A DNA stretch of 32,000 nt from a secondary endosymbiont of Trabutina mannipara (lineage in GTDB: Bacteria > Pseudomonadota > Gammaproteobacteria > Enterobacterales > Enterobacteriaceae), in assembly GCF_900090215.1 (NCBI RefSeq), contig NZ_LT594522.1, forward strand, positions 240,001 to 272,000, read 5' to 3'. This document shows, one piece after another, positions 10,933 to 20,179 of the stretch. Numbering within the stretch: the first letter of the stretch is position 1; each line of letters starts with the position of its first letter. The translations under genes were made by a program, and so were the position numbers. The notes under the pieces were generated by a model. That model had not been told where the DNA came from and made no database searches. It was given only the letters and a program-made list of their open reading frames with translations.

Positions 10933-11095
10933 ATGGACAAAAAATAAGCATCTAAGAAAAAATTAGAATTGCTAATATGCTAATGGGAAATCGATAATTT
11001 TTGAATGTATTACGTCGGTAACACGTACTTGTTTATTTTAGAAAATTAACATACAAGGTATTACTATGGTAATTTTCTTCATCCTTAATATTTAA
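10933..11095 (+). pseudogene. hfq: hfq pseudogene remnant
   Basis: It sits in the syntenic position and on the same strand immediately after miaA. 10998..11021 translates FLNVLRR* against E. coli Hfq FLNALRRE (GAA to TAA). After frame slips, 11045..11059 reads INIQG against IKLQG. At nucleotide level, TTTTTGAATGTATTACGTCGGTAACACGTACTTGTTT...ATTAACATACAAGGTATT compares with E. coli TTCCTGAACGCACTGCGTCGGGAACGTGTTCCAGTTT...ATTAAGCTGCAAGGGCAA. There are several stops and frameshifts and no intact ORF. The best-supported core is 10998..11062. Confidence 0.55.
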
Positions 11096-11191
11096 ACTAT
11101 CTTAGTGAAGCGAAGCAGAAGCGTATTATAATGAGGTAAAATTACAGAAGCATAGGGCGAACGGTATAAAGAATCAAAGCTTAACTAATAA

Positions 11192-11378
11192 GCTAAGCTA
11201 CAGCATAATAAAGATACCACAAAGGAGTAATTTATGCGTAAGCTTATTGTTACTTTCTACATTAATATTTGTGGTTAAATAGGGACAAAGAGGCATTATC
11301 TTGCGATTTAGCAAGGTTATCGATGAAAAAATTTCTAATACTGCATATAAATACCATAGCAATAGCAAATTAAAATAA
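11192..11378 (+). pseudogene. hflC: Fossils of the hflK 3' tail and the hflC 5' end
   Basis: 11192..11230 reads AKLQHNKDTTKE* against the E. coli HflK end ANAQRNDYQRQGE*. AAGGAG follows, then ATG 11234 opens MRKLIVTFYINICG* (E. coli HflC starts MRKSVIAIIII). One frame over, 11271..11321 reads VVK*GQRGIILRFSKVI against HflC VVKEGERGITLRFGKVL. The fragment ends at a TAA overlapping the rlmB ATG. The rest of hflC and everything up to rlmB is gone. Confidence 0.6.
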
Positions 11379-12115
11379 TGATAAGAATTATTTACGGTAT
11401 TCATACCATACAATCTATACTAGAACGTAATCCACAGCGTTTGCTAGATATATATTTATCCCAAAGTCATAAAAATCGCCGTTTACATAAACTTATCCAA
11501 CAGTTAGATAAAAAAGGTCTTGTTATCAAGATGGCTAGTAGACAATGGCTGGACAAAAAAACTGATGGTGCAGTACATCAGGGTATTATAGCACGTGTGC
11601 ATGAACTACAGTTTCAAGAAAAAGATCTTTTGTCGTTGCTAGCGCAACAGGCTACACCGCTGCTGCTTATTCTTGATAGTGTTATTGATCCGCATAATCT
11701 TGGTGCATGTCTACGCTGTGCTGACGCTGCAGGAGTACATGCAGTAATAGTACCCAGAAAACGCACAGCTCCGCTGAATGCTACTGCTCAAAAAGTAGCA
11801 AGCGGTGCTGCAGAAACAGTTCCATTGATTCGAGTAACTAATCTGGCACGCACATTACGCTTGCTGCAAATACATAAGCTATGGATAGTTGGTACTGATG
11901 ATAAAAATGTTGATCATGATCTCTATAAAAGTAAATTAACTGGACCTCTAGCGCTAATTATGGGGGGAGAAAATAAGGGTATGCGTAGCCTAACTCGTAA
12001 ATATTGCGATGAACTTATCAGTATACCCATGGCTGGTACGGTTTTTTCTCTTAATGTATCAGTTGCAACAGGTATATGCTTATTTGAAGCAGTCCGGCAG
12101 CGAAATAAAAAATAA
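11378..12115 (+). CDS. rlmB: 23S rRNA (guanosine-2'-O)-methyltransferase RlmB
   Basis: 245 aa. IYGIHTIQSILERNP...DGAVHQGIIARV...LLILDSVIDPHNLGACLRCADAAGVHAVIVP...VPLIRVTNLARTLRLL...CDELISIPMAGTVFSLNVSVATGICLFEAVRQR is collinear with E. coli RlmB. Confidence 0.96.
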   Translation: MIRIIYGIHTIQSILERNPQRLLDIYLSQSHKNRRLHKLIQQLDKKGLVIKMASRQWLDKKTDGAVHQGIIARVHELQFQEKDLLSLLAQQATPLLLILDSVIDPHNLGACLRCADAAGVHAVIVPRKRTAPLNATAQKVASGAAETVPLIRVTNLARTLRLLQIHKLWIVGTDDKNVDHDLYKSKLTGPLALIMGGENKGMRSLTRKYCDELISIPMAGTVFSLNVSVATGICLFEAVRQRNKK

Positions 12116-12170
12116 TCTATCTACACCCAAAAATAATTTAATTACGCTGCTATTTTTAGCATTTTACATA

Positions 12171-12197
12171 AAATTATCGTAATAAATTATCGTAATA
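12171..12197. repeat. Perfect 13-bp tandem duplication (aaattatcgtaat x2), intergenic
   Basis: 12171..12183 equals 12184..12196 (14 consecutive positions match at period 13). It lies in the rlmB-mnmA spacer. Confidence 0.9.
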
Positions 12198-12394
12198 TTG
12201 ATCAATAAAAAAAGTTTGTTGCCGTTTCTAACATTACTACCATTAGTGGTGGGCAGTTACTGGTAAATCAACCTTAATGTACAACAATACTTTTGTTCTT
12301 CTTTTCAAGATAGTATAATACATTATCAAATTATGTTGAAAAATTCCTTTTCGTTAAAGTGCCTAAATTAAGAAATGATTTAGAGTTATCAACT

Positions 12395-13519
12395 ATGAAT
12401 GTTCTCTTACCAAAGATTTCAGATAAAAAAGTAATCGTAGGTCTATCAGGAGGTGTAGACTCTTCAGTAACCGCCTGGTTACTACAACAACAGGGATATC
12501 TAGTAGAAGGCCTATTTATGAAAAATTGGGAAGAATATGATAATGAGAAATATTGCCATGTAGCAAATGATCTTGTAGATACCCAGATTATCTGCGATCA
12601 GTTAGGTATTATATTACATACTGTAAATTTTGCTGCTGAATATTGGGATAAGGTTTTCGTTAAATTTATTGCCGAATATCAAGCTTTAAGAACTCCTAAC
12701 CCAGATATTTTGTGCAATAAAGAAATTAAGTTTAAAACATTTTTAGATTTCGCTACCGAATCTCTAGGAGCAGATTTTATTGCCACCGGCCATTATGTAC
12801 GTAGATATGATATAAATGGTAAAATAAGGCTACTTCGTGGTATAGATAAAAATAAAGACCAGAGTTATTTTTTATATACATTAGGTTATACGCAGCTTTC
12901 ACGTTGCTTATTTCCTATTGGAGAACTCGTAAAAACTGAAGTACGGCGTATCGCCTCTAAACTTCGTCTAGTAACAGCTACGAAAAAAGACTCTACTGGT
13001 ATCTGTTTTATAGGAAAGCGAAAATTTCGCAATTTTATAGAAAGCTATCTACCCATAGCACCGCAGGGAGCTATTGTTTCTGTTGACGGCCAGCAGTTAG
13101 GCTATCATCAAGGTCTTATGTATTATACGCTAGGTCAGCGTAAAGGATTGGGCATTGGCGGTACCCGTAAAGGCAATGAATATCCATGGTATGTTGTGGA
13201 TAAGGATATTAAAAATAATCAGCTTATTGTAGCCCAGGGAAACCAGCATCCGAGACTGATGTCTACTAGTTTTGTTACTAATCAGTTATACTGGGTAGAT
13301 CGGGAACCTATTAGGGAACAAATGTATTGTACAGTTAAAACTCGTTCCCGTCAACCTGACATTAATTGTCTTGTAAAACCTATTTCAGACGGTCATTTAC
13401 AGGTTATTCTAGAGCATCCTCTGGCTGCTGTTACTCCAGGACAATCTGCTGTATTTTACTTAGAAGAACGATGTTTAGGTGGTGGTATAATTAAATCCAA
13501 TAAACTACTTTCTTACTAA
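12395..13519 (+). CDS. mnmA: tRNA-specific 2-thiouridylase MnmA
   Basis: [36 protein letters not shown]...[16 protein letters not shown]...DQSYFLY...DSTGICFIG...TPGQSAVFY...CLGGGII matches E. coli MnmA. The track ORF begins at a GTG (12359). The ATG at 12395 gives the E. coli-like N-terminal length and is preferred. Confidence 0.95.
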   Translation: MNVLLPKISDKKVIVGLSGGVDSSVTAWLLQQQGYLVEGLFMKNWEEYDNEKYCHVANDLVDTQIICDQLGIILHTVNFAAEYWDKVFVKFIAEYQALRTPNPDILCNKEIKFKTFLDFATESLGADFIATGHYVRRYDINGKIRLLRGIDKNKDQSYFLYTLGYTQLSRCLFPIGELVKTEVRRIASKLRLVTATKKDSTGICFIGKRKFRNFIESYLPIAPQGAIVSVDGQQLGYHQGLMYYTLGQRKGLGIGGTRKGNEYPWYVVDKDIKNNQLIVAQGNQHPRLMSTSFVTNQLYWVDREPIREQMYCTVKTRSRQPDINCLVKPISDGHLQVILEHPLAAVTPGQSAVFYLEERCLGGGIIKSNKLLSY

Positions 13520-13844
13520 CTACTAACAGCGGTATTTTAATTTTGTAGTTTAGCTACAAGCAGCAGTACTGTGCAGTGTCTAGTTGACAGCATTGTCGCT
13601 ATCCATCCATCAATTATCCATCAGATAATGCGGCCAATATATAATAATTGTAATAATAATATATTGAGCCCAGATAAATTTGCTGTACTTACACCAAATA
13701 CTATCTCTTCAAGCTAGCTATATTTGTTTAATAAAAAACATCCCATGTTGAATTTTATTGATATTTTTGCTAAATTAACGTTAATGTATCTTTGTGCGCC
13801 ATAAAAAAATAAAAAACATAAAAATAATAATCATTTAAGGGCTA

Positions 13845-15911
13845 ATGAATAATACCATTGCTGATAATTTAATCCACAATAATGTAGCCATGCATGAAGG
13901 CCAGCTTATGGTGCATCTTGAACACGGAATAGGTCGATACGACGGTATGACCACAATTGAAATAGGGGGTATTAAGTCAGAGTATTTGATCCTAACATAT
14001 GCTGATAATGATAAACTTTACGTTCCTGTATATTCATTACATCTTATCAGCAACTATGACTGCTGTACTGATAATGTGCCGTTGCATAAATTAGGTAGCG
14101 ATGTTTGGACTAGGGCACGTAAAAAAGCAGCTGATAGAGTGCGGGACGTAGCCTCGGAGCTACTCGATATTTATGCTCAACGCGCTTCTAAAAGCGGCTT
14201 CGCTTTTTACTATAATAAAAAAAAATATCAACGGTTCTGCGAACAATTTCAATTTGAACTTACCGTTGATCAGGTTCAGGTTATTAACGAAGTACTGAGC
14301 GATATGTGTAAGCCGCTGGCAATGGATCGCTTAATCTGCGGTGATGTTGGATTTGGTAAAACAGAGATAGCAATGCGCGCTGCATTTTTAGCAATTGAAA
14401 ACAACAAACAGGTGGCCGTATTAGTACCTACTACGCTGCTAGCACAACAACATTTTGAAAATTTTAGCGAAAGATTTGCAAATCTTACAGTAAAGATCGA
14501 TATTATTTCTCGTTTTCGCAGCGCTAGTAATCGAAATCTGATACTAGATAATACAGCTAAAGGTAAAGTTGATATTTTAATTGGTACCCATATCCTTCTG
14601 CAAGGTAAGGTTAAGTGGCACAATTTAGGATTACTAATTCTTGATGAAGAACATCGATTCGGCGTGCTTCATAAAGAGCGCTTCAAAGCAATTAGATCCG
14701 ATATTGATATTCTAACTCTAACAGCTACCCCTATACCTCGCACGCTTAATATGGCGATGAGCGGCATGCGCAATATATCTATTATTTCAACACCTCCAGC
14801 AAGTAGGTTAATGGTAAAAACTTTTGTGTGTGAATATGATGCGCTGGTAGTACGTAAGGCTATTCTCCGCGAGGTGCTGCGTGGAGGACAGGTTTATTAT
14901 CTATCTAATAACGTAGATAATATTGAAAAAACTGCTAGACGCCTGGAAAATCTAGTACCAGAAGCGCGTATTAACATCGGCCACGGTCAGCTACGAGATC
15001 GCGATTTAGAAAAAGTGATGAACGATTTTTATCATAATCGTTTTAATGTGCTGGTATGTACTACCATCATAGAAACCGGTATCAATATAGCTAACGCTAA
15101 TACAATTATCATCGAACAGGCGAATCAATTCGGATTAGCGCAACTTCATCAATTGCGTGGCCGTGTTGGTCGTTCACATCATCAAGCTTACGCCTACTTG
15201 TTAACATCGTCACCTAAATCGCTAAGTAAGGAGACGCATAAGCGTCTGAAAGCAATAGCTTCGCTAGAAGAACTAGGAGCCGGATTTGCGCTAGCAACGC
15301 ACGATTTAGAAATTAGAGGCTACGGAGAACTACTAGGATCAAATCAAAGTGGTCAAATAAAAGCTATGGGTTTTACACTATATACAAAGATTTTAAAAAA
15401 TGCGGTAGAAGCTATTAAGTATGGACGTGAACCTTCTCTTGAGAATCTTACTAGCATTACAGATATCGAACTACATATTCCAGCTATCTTGCCAGAAGAA
15501 TATATTCCCAACGTTAATACTCGTTTATCTTTATATAAACGCATTGCTAGTGTAGAAGATTACTGTGAACTAGAAAAGTTAAAAATAGAAATTATTGATC
15601 GCTTTGGTATGATGCCTAAGCAAGCACGATATTTACTAATGATAACAGTTATTAGACAGCGGGCTCAAAGTTTAGGCATACAACGCATTGAGGGCAGTAA
15701 TAAAGGTGGAGCTATAATTTTTAGCAAAAACAACTGTATTGACCCTACCTATATTCTTAAACTTATAGAGCAAGAACCTAATACTTACCGTCTAGATGGT
15801 CCAACCAGTTTTAAATTTATATGTGACTTGTCGAACTTCACAACGAGACTGCAATATATTGACGATATATTGGTAAAACTGCAGCAGCATACGCTAAAAA
15901 AGTTGCCATAA
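13845..15911 (+). CDS. mfd: Transcription-repair coupling factor Mfd, N-terminally truncated (688 aa; RNAP-interaction domain, translocase and C-terminal domain only)
   Basis: The ORF opens at MNNTIADNLIHNNVAMHEGQLMVHLEHGIGRYDGMTT, which aligns with E. coli Mfd TINPDTLIRNLAELHIGQPVVHLEHGVGRYAGMTT (about residue 460 of 1148). It is then collinear to the end through GDVGFGKTE, DEEHRFGV, TATPIPRTL and QLHQLRGRVGRS. An in-frame TAA lies 3 codons upstream of the ATG. Only 325 bp separate it from mnmA. Confidence 0.92.
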   Translation: MNNTIADNLIHNNVAMHEGQLMVHLEHGIGRYDGMTTIEIGGIKSEYLILTYADNDKLYVPVYSLHLISNYDCCTDNVPLHKLGSDVWTRARKKAADRVRDVASELLDIYAQRASKSGFAFYYNKKKYQRFCEQFQFELTVDQVQVINEVLSDMCKPLAMDRLICGDVGFGKTEIAMRAAFLAIENNKQVAVLVPTTLLAQQHFENFSERFANLTVKIDIISRFRSASNRNLILDNTAKGKVDILIGTHILLQGKVKWHNLGLLILDEEHRFGVLHKERFKAIRSDIDILTLTATPIPRTLNMAMSGMRNISIISTPPASRLMVKTFVCEYDALVVRKAILREVLRGGQVYYLSNNVDNIEKTARRLENLVPEARINIGHGQLRDRDLEKVMNDFYHNRFNVLVCTTIIETGINIANANTIIIEQANQFGLAQLHQLRGRVGRSHHQAYAYLLTSSPKSLSKETHKRLKAIASLEELGAGFALATHDLEIRGYGELLGSNQSGQIKAMGFTLYTKILKNAVEAIKYGREPSLENLTSITDIELHIPAILPEEYIPNVNTRLSLYKRIASVEDYCELEKLKIEIIDRFGMMPKQARYLLMITVIRQRAQSLGIQRIEGSNKGGAIIFSKNNCIDPTYILKLIEQEPNTYRLDGPTSFKFICDLSNFTTRLQYIDDILVKLQQHTLKKLP

Positions 15912-15919
15912 AAACAGCA

Positions 15920-16243
15920 TTAATGCTTTATCATGGGACCAAGAGGTTTTCCTCCTAAAAGATGCATGTGCAAATGATAAATTTCTTGTCCTCCGTAGCT
16001 GTTGCAATTTACTATTAACCGGTATCCAACCCTCTTGTCTAGACAGGAGCGCTGCTACAGTAAATAAACGACCCAGTACTACTTCAGTATCAGCTGTAAC
16101 ATCGTTGATAGTAGAGATTAGTTACAATTAAAATATGAATAGGTGCCTTAGGGTTAATATCGCGAAAAGCGGTAACAAAATTGTCCTGATATAGGATATC
16201 AGCAATAATTTCACGGCGGATAATTTTACTAAAAATATGTCAT
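15920..16243 (-). pseudogene. hinT: hinT (HIT-family purine nucleoside phosphoramidase) pseudogene
   Basis: The minus strand needs three frames to read the protein. ATG ACA TAT TTT TAG (16243..) is followed one frame over by [42 protein letters not shown] second frame gives [31 protein letters not shown] and a third gives [35 protein letters not shown]. Each piece is collinear with E. coli HinT ([41 protein letters not shown] / LIPTVNDVSAEHEQALGRMITVAAKIAEQEG / [32 protein letters not shown]). The first shift is an extra T in a T-run (A5 on the plus strand, 16231..16235). The gene is in the syntenic position between mfd and ycfH. Confidence 0.8.
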
Positions 16244-16286
16244 ATAAAATTCATTCATAATTTAAAATTACTTCATCATTCATGCA

Positions 16287-17087
16287 CTAAGTATCTAGGT
16301 CGAGGTAATGCTGCATATCTAAATTAAATAGCCGTCCAAAATTCTCAGTAGTAACTTTAGCCAAATTTATCAGCGAAACACCTTTTAGCTTTGCTATAAA
16401 TTCTGCTATATGACGCACATAAGCTGGTTGATTTTCTTTACCCCGATAAGGGACCGGCGTTAGATATGGGGAATCTGTTTCCAATAGTAGCTGGTCTATA
16501 GGAACATATCGTACAGTTTCGCGCAGCGTTTCAGCATTCTTGAATGTAACCATTCCAGAAAAAGAAATATAAAAACCTATATCCAGTAGCTTTTTAGCTG
16601 TTATGCGGTCTTCATTAAAGCAGTGAAGTACGCCTCCGCATTCACTAACATTTTCATTACGTAGAATTACAATAGTATCTTCTTGCGCGCAGCGGTTATG
16701 TACAATAACTGGCTTCTTTAATGCTCGGCCCACACGAATGTGTTCTCGGAATACCTCCTGCTGCTGCGCTTTATTATCTTTTTGGTAATAGTAATCTAAA
16801 CCGGTCTCACCTAGCGCTACTACGCTTTTCTCTGAAGCTAGTAGTTGCATTTCTGCAAAATCATAAGGTTCATTGATATTTAATGGATGAATTCCGCAGG
16901 AAAACAACACATCATCGCGACAACCTATCATTGCTTTCATATCATAAAAGCTAGACAGAGTCGTACATACCGCCAAAATCAATTTGACATTATGCAATCG
17001 TGCTTTTTTAACTACATCAGCTACATTAAGGTGCAAAGTTTTATAATTAAGGTTATCAATGTGGCAATGAGAATCTATTAAAAACAT
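16287..17087 (-). CDS. ycfH: TatD-family metal-dependent deoxyribonuclease YcfH
   Basis: 266 aa. MFLIDSHCHID...FSCGIHPLN...VVALGETGLDYYY...KPVIVHNR...CGGVLHCFNEDR...GFYISFSGMVTFKNAE...ETDSPYLTPVPYRGKENQPAYV is collinear with E. coli YcfH. holB-ycfH adjacency is conserved. Confidence 0.95.
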   Translation of the reverse strand: MFLIDSHCHIDNLNYKTLHLNVADVVKKARLHNVKLILAVCTTLSSFYDMKAMIGCRDDVLFSCGIHPLNINEPYDFAEMQLLASEKSVVALGETGLDYYYQKDNKAQQQEVFREHIRVGRALKKPVIVHNRCAQEDTIVILRNENVSECGGVLHCFNEDRITAKKLLDIGFYISFSGMVTFKNAETLRETVRYVPIDQLLLETDSPYLTPVPYRGKENQPAYVRHIAEFIAKLKGVSLINLAKVTTENFGRLFNLDMQHYLDLDT

Positions 17088-17100
17088 AGTTTAACTCTCT

Positions 17101-18096
17101 TTACTGGGAATAAATATAATTTTCCACAATTCCATGTTCCCAATTAAGCAGGTAATGGGTTAACAATAATTCGCTATTAGTAACATTTATTTCTTGCAAT
17201 TGGCGCAGACAATACAGCCATTGTTGCCACTGTGAGTGCAATACAATAGCTGGCCATCGTGCCGCAATTGAGTCCACGAGCAATGTTCTATCTGAATTAA
17301 CTAAAAATTCCTGTGCTCCCTGTTGCCATTTTAATGCATCGCTCAGAAAACTGAGCAGCCAATATAACGGACCGTTGTCATCTTTATTTAAAGATGGCAA
17401 TAGTGCTAAAAAATCACTATTGGTATAAGCATTTTGTAGCGCGTCGCATAAATTCAACCGCTCCTGCCATCTTTTAGGCTGTAATAATACCTCTGCTGCA
17501 GGTACTGCACCGCTGCAGAGACGCAGAGCAGTACGTGCAGAAAGAAGATCATAATAACCATATTGCTTCAACCATAGGATACCTATACTTTCTTCAGGAG
17601 CCAGCAGCGACCAGTATAAACATCTGCTTCTAAGTGTGGGTAACAAACGCAATCTTTTCTGGCAACCTAGTAAAAAATAAGTGTCTTCTGGTGGTTCTTC
17701 AATTGTTTTTAATAGTGCAGTAGCTGCTTGTACAGTAAGATAATCGCTTTGAGGCAGCCATACTATTTTTACGCCTCCCTGGCGGGCACGTTCATATACT
17801 CTGTCAATAATGGTACGAATACTATTTACTCCTAGTATTTTACTGTCTGTTTCTATTTCTAGTTGATAAAAGTCAGGATGGTTTCCAGACTTCATAAGTT
17901 GGCAACTGTGGCAGATACCACAGCTTTTAATACCATTATGCTGCTGACACATCAACCAGCGTATAATTGCATAGCACAATGACAACTCTCCGTTACCTTG
18001 CTGACTATGAAGTAGCAAAGCATGATGCCCACTATTTTGCTGATAGCAATTTAATATCTGCCTATATGGTCTGTTTAACCATGGATACCATTTCAT
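17101..18096 (-). CDS. holB: DNA polymerase III delta-prime subunit
   Basis: 331 aa. MKWYPWL...GHHALLLHSQQGNG...CQQ...KSCGICHSCQLMKSGNHPDFY...GGVKIVW...AATALLKTIEEPPEDTYFLL...LLPTLRSRC is collinear with E. coli HolB. Confidence 0.93.
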   Translation of the reverse strand: MKWYPWLNRPYRQILNCYQQNSGHHALLLHSQQGNGELSLCYAIIRWLMCQQHNGIKSCGICHSCQLMKSGNHPDFYQLEIETDSKILGVNSIRTIIDRVYERARQGGVKIVWLPQSDYLTVQAATALLKTIEEPPEDTYFLLGCQKRLRLLPTLRSRCLYWSLLAPEESIGILWLKQYGYYDLLSARTALRLCSGAVPAAEVLLQPKRWQERLNLCDALQNAYTNSDFLALLPSLNKDDNGPLYWLLSFLSDALKWQQGAQEFLVNSDRTLLVDSIAARWPAIVLHSQWQQWLYCLRQLQEINVTNSELLLTHYLLNWEHGIVENYIYSQ

Positions 18097-18105
18097 TGTG
18101 AAGGA

Positions 18106-18141
18106 TAAATATAGTTTAAATCTAAATATAGTTTAAATCTA
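18106..18141. repeat. Perfect 17-bp tandem duplication (aaatatagtttaaatct x2) filling the mnmG-stop / holB-start junction
   Basis: 18107..18123 equals 18124..18140 (19 consecutive positions match at period 17). The mnmG stop (TAG, 18141..18139) lies in the second copy, and an identical CTA sits in the first. Confidence 0.95.
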
Positions 18142-20031
18142 GTTATTGTGATGTAAAAGCCCTTGTTTTTTTAGCCATACCAGCAATATTGAAATTGATG
18201 CTGACGTAATACCTGAAATACGTGAAGCCTGACCTATAGAGCATGGTTTATGATCATTGAGTTTATCTCTGGCTTCGTTAGAAAGTCCAGAAATATCGCT
18301 AAAATTTATATATTCAGGAATTTTAATATGTTCATAGCGTATCTGGCGCATGATATCATCCTGCTGACGAGCTATGTAGCCTTGATATTTTATTTGAATC
18401 TCAATTTGTTCTGCTACTTTCTTGTCTTCTACAGAAGGACTAAATAAATCAAAATTTGTAAGATTACAATAATTTATCTCTGGTCTACGCAGAAGTTCTT
18501 CTCCATTATATTCGCGTATTAGTGGTGATTTAAGCAATAAATTAAGCTTATCTATTCCTTTGCTATAAGGATTAACCCATATATTACGCAAACGTTGTCG
18601 CTCTTGCTCAAGAAGTTCTTGCTTTAAACAAAAACTAGCCCAGCGCACATCATCTACCATTTTTAATTTACGACCTATTTCTGTAAGCCGAAGATCGGCG
18701 TTATCTTCCCTCAATAGCAGCCGGTATTCAGCACGAGAGGTAAACATTCGATAGGGCTCTTTAGTGCCCAATGTGCATAAATCATCAACTAACACACCTA
18801 AATATGCCTGATCTCGCCGCGGTGACCATTCTTCTTTATCTTTAACCAAACGTGCCGCGTTTAGCCCAGCTAGCATGCCCTGGGCTGCTGCCTCTTCATA
18901 GCCGGTTGTACCGTTTATTTGACCAGCTAAAAACAACCTTTTTATTAGTTTACTTTCCAGCGTTAGTTTTAAATCGCGTGGATCAAAGAAATCATATTCA
19001 ATTGCATATCCTGGACGCATAATGCACGCTTTCTCTAATCCCTTTATTGATTGGACAATTTTTATTTGTACATCAAACGGCAAGCTGGTAGATATGCCAT
19101 TAGGATAAATTTCATTGCTAGTAAGACCTTCTGGCTCTAAAAAAACCTGATGAGCATTACGATCTGCAAAGCGCAGAATCTTATCTTCAATAGAAGGACA
19201 ATAGCGCGGCCCTACAGAATCAATAATGCCAGCATAAAGTGGACTACGGTCTAAATTATTGCGAATTATATCATGGGTATTTTCGTTAGTATAAGTAATA
19301 TAACAAGGAATCTGTTGCTGATGTTTGTCATCCGATCCTAAAAAGGAAAAAAAAGGTAAAGGATTATCCCCATGTTGTACCGCCAACTGCGAAAAATTAA
19401 TACTGCGTGCATCTATGCGCGGTGGTGTGCCAGTTTTAAGGCGATTTACCCGCAACGGAAGCTTTCTGAGACAGTATGACAAAGAAATAGATGGTAGATC
19501 CCCTGCTCTGCCACCACTGTAATTATCCATACCAATATGAATCCTTCCATTAAGGAAAGTACCTACTGTGAGCACAACAGCGCTTGCACTTAATTTTGTC
19601 TTTGTTTGCGTTACAACACCAACAACTCTATCGACCTTTATTATTAGATCTTCTACAGTCTGTTGGAATATCGTTAAATTAGGTTGTTTTTCCAATGCGC
19701 ATCTTACAGCCTGCCGGTAAAGAACTCGATCAGCCTGAGCGCGAGTAGCTCTAACAGCAGGTCCTTTACTGTAATTTAGTATCCTAAAATGAATACCTGC
19801 CTGATCTATTGCTTGTGCCATTAATCCGCCCATAGCATCAATTTCCTTAACTAGATGTCCTTTTCCGATACCACCTATCGAAGGATTACAGGACATTTGT
19901 CCTAGCGTATCAATACTATGCGTTAACAGTAAGGTTTTGCATCCTATCCTCGCTGAAGCCATTGCTGCTTCAGTACCTGCATGGCCACCACCAATAACGA
20001 TTACGTCAAAATGATCTGGATAAAAAAACAA
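18139..20031 (-). CDS. mnmG: tRNA uridine 5-carboxymethylaminomethyl modification enzyme MnmG (GidA)
   Basis: 630 aa, near-identical architecture to E. coli MnmG ([18 protein letters not shown]...[25 protein letters not shown]...[11 protein letters not shown]...[16 protein letters not shown]...[20 protein letters not shown]). The apparent start is TTG (20031..20029; TTG TTT TTT TAT CCA GAT against E. coli ATG TTT TAT CCT GAT). AGGTGG lies 10 nt upstream and there is no in-frame ATG nearby. Confidence 0.96.
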   Translation of the reverse strand: MFFYPDHFDVIVIGGGHAGTEAAMASARIGCKTLLLTHSIDTLGQMSCNPSIGGIGKGHLVKEIDAMGGLMAQAIDQAGIHFRILNYSKGPAVRATRAQADRVLYRQAVRCALEKQPNLTIFQQTVEDLIIKVDRVVGVVTQTKTKLSASAVVLTVGTFLNGRIHIGMDNYSGGRAGDLPSISLSYCLRKLPLRVNRLKTGTPPRIDARSINFSQLAVQHGDNPLPFFSFLGSDDKHQQQIPCYITYTNENTHDIIRNNLDRSPLYAGIIDSVGPRYCPSIEDKILRFADRNAHQVFLEPEGLTSNEIYPNGISTSLPFDVQIKIVQSIKGLEKACIMRPGYAIEYDFFDPRDLKLTLESKLIKRLFLAGQINGTTGYEEAAAQGMLAGLNAARLVKDKEEWSPRRDQAYLGVLVDDLCTLGTKEPYRMFTSRAEYRLLLREDNADLRLTEIGRKLKMVDDVRWASFCLKQELLEQERQRLRNIWVNPYSKGIDKLNLLLKSPLIREYNGEELLRRPEINYCNLTNFDLFSPSVEDKKVAEQIEIQIKYQGYIARQQDDIMRQIRYEHIKIPEYINFSDISGLSNEARDKLNDHKPCSIGQASRISGITSASISILLVWLKKQGLLHHNN

Positions 20032-20179
20032 ATTTTAAATACCACCTAACCTAAATTGCAAAAATAATAATGTAATGTGAAGAATATAATTCTTCAAAGA
20101 AGATTAATACAAAGTTAATATAACATTAACTAACTAAAATAAAAATCTCTTTTTTAGAATTCTTAAAGAAAAAAATAAT

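Noticed and set aside
11198-11413. A 71-aa minus-strand ORF overlaps the rlmB start.
   Set aside because: It is antisense to the hflC fossil and to the first 12 codons of rlmB. It is low complexity, has no RBS and is spurious.
13520-13844. I searched the mnmA-mfd spacer for fossils of the missing Mfd N-terminal domains.
   Set aside because: The in-frame upstream translation (CIFVRHKKIKNIKIIII*GL) shows no convincing similarity to the E. coli linker (ESDLLGERVARRRQDSRR). Lys-rich text is expected from A-rich DNA, so there is no supportable fossil.
20032-20179. I considered an oriC remnant upstream of mnmG, since ancestrally oriC abuts gidA. I looked for AT-rich 13-mer-like repeats and DnaA boxes.
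   Set aside because: There is no GATC-containing 13-mer and no 9-mer close to TTATCCACA. Only AT-rich hairpins are present (gaagaat-ata-attcttc at 20079..20095 and gttaat-ataac-attaac at 20114..20130), and these are unremarkable at this base composition.
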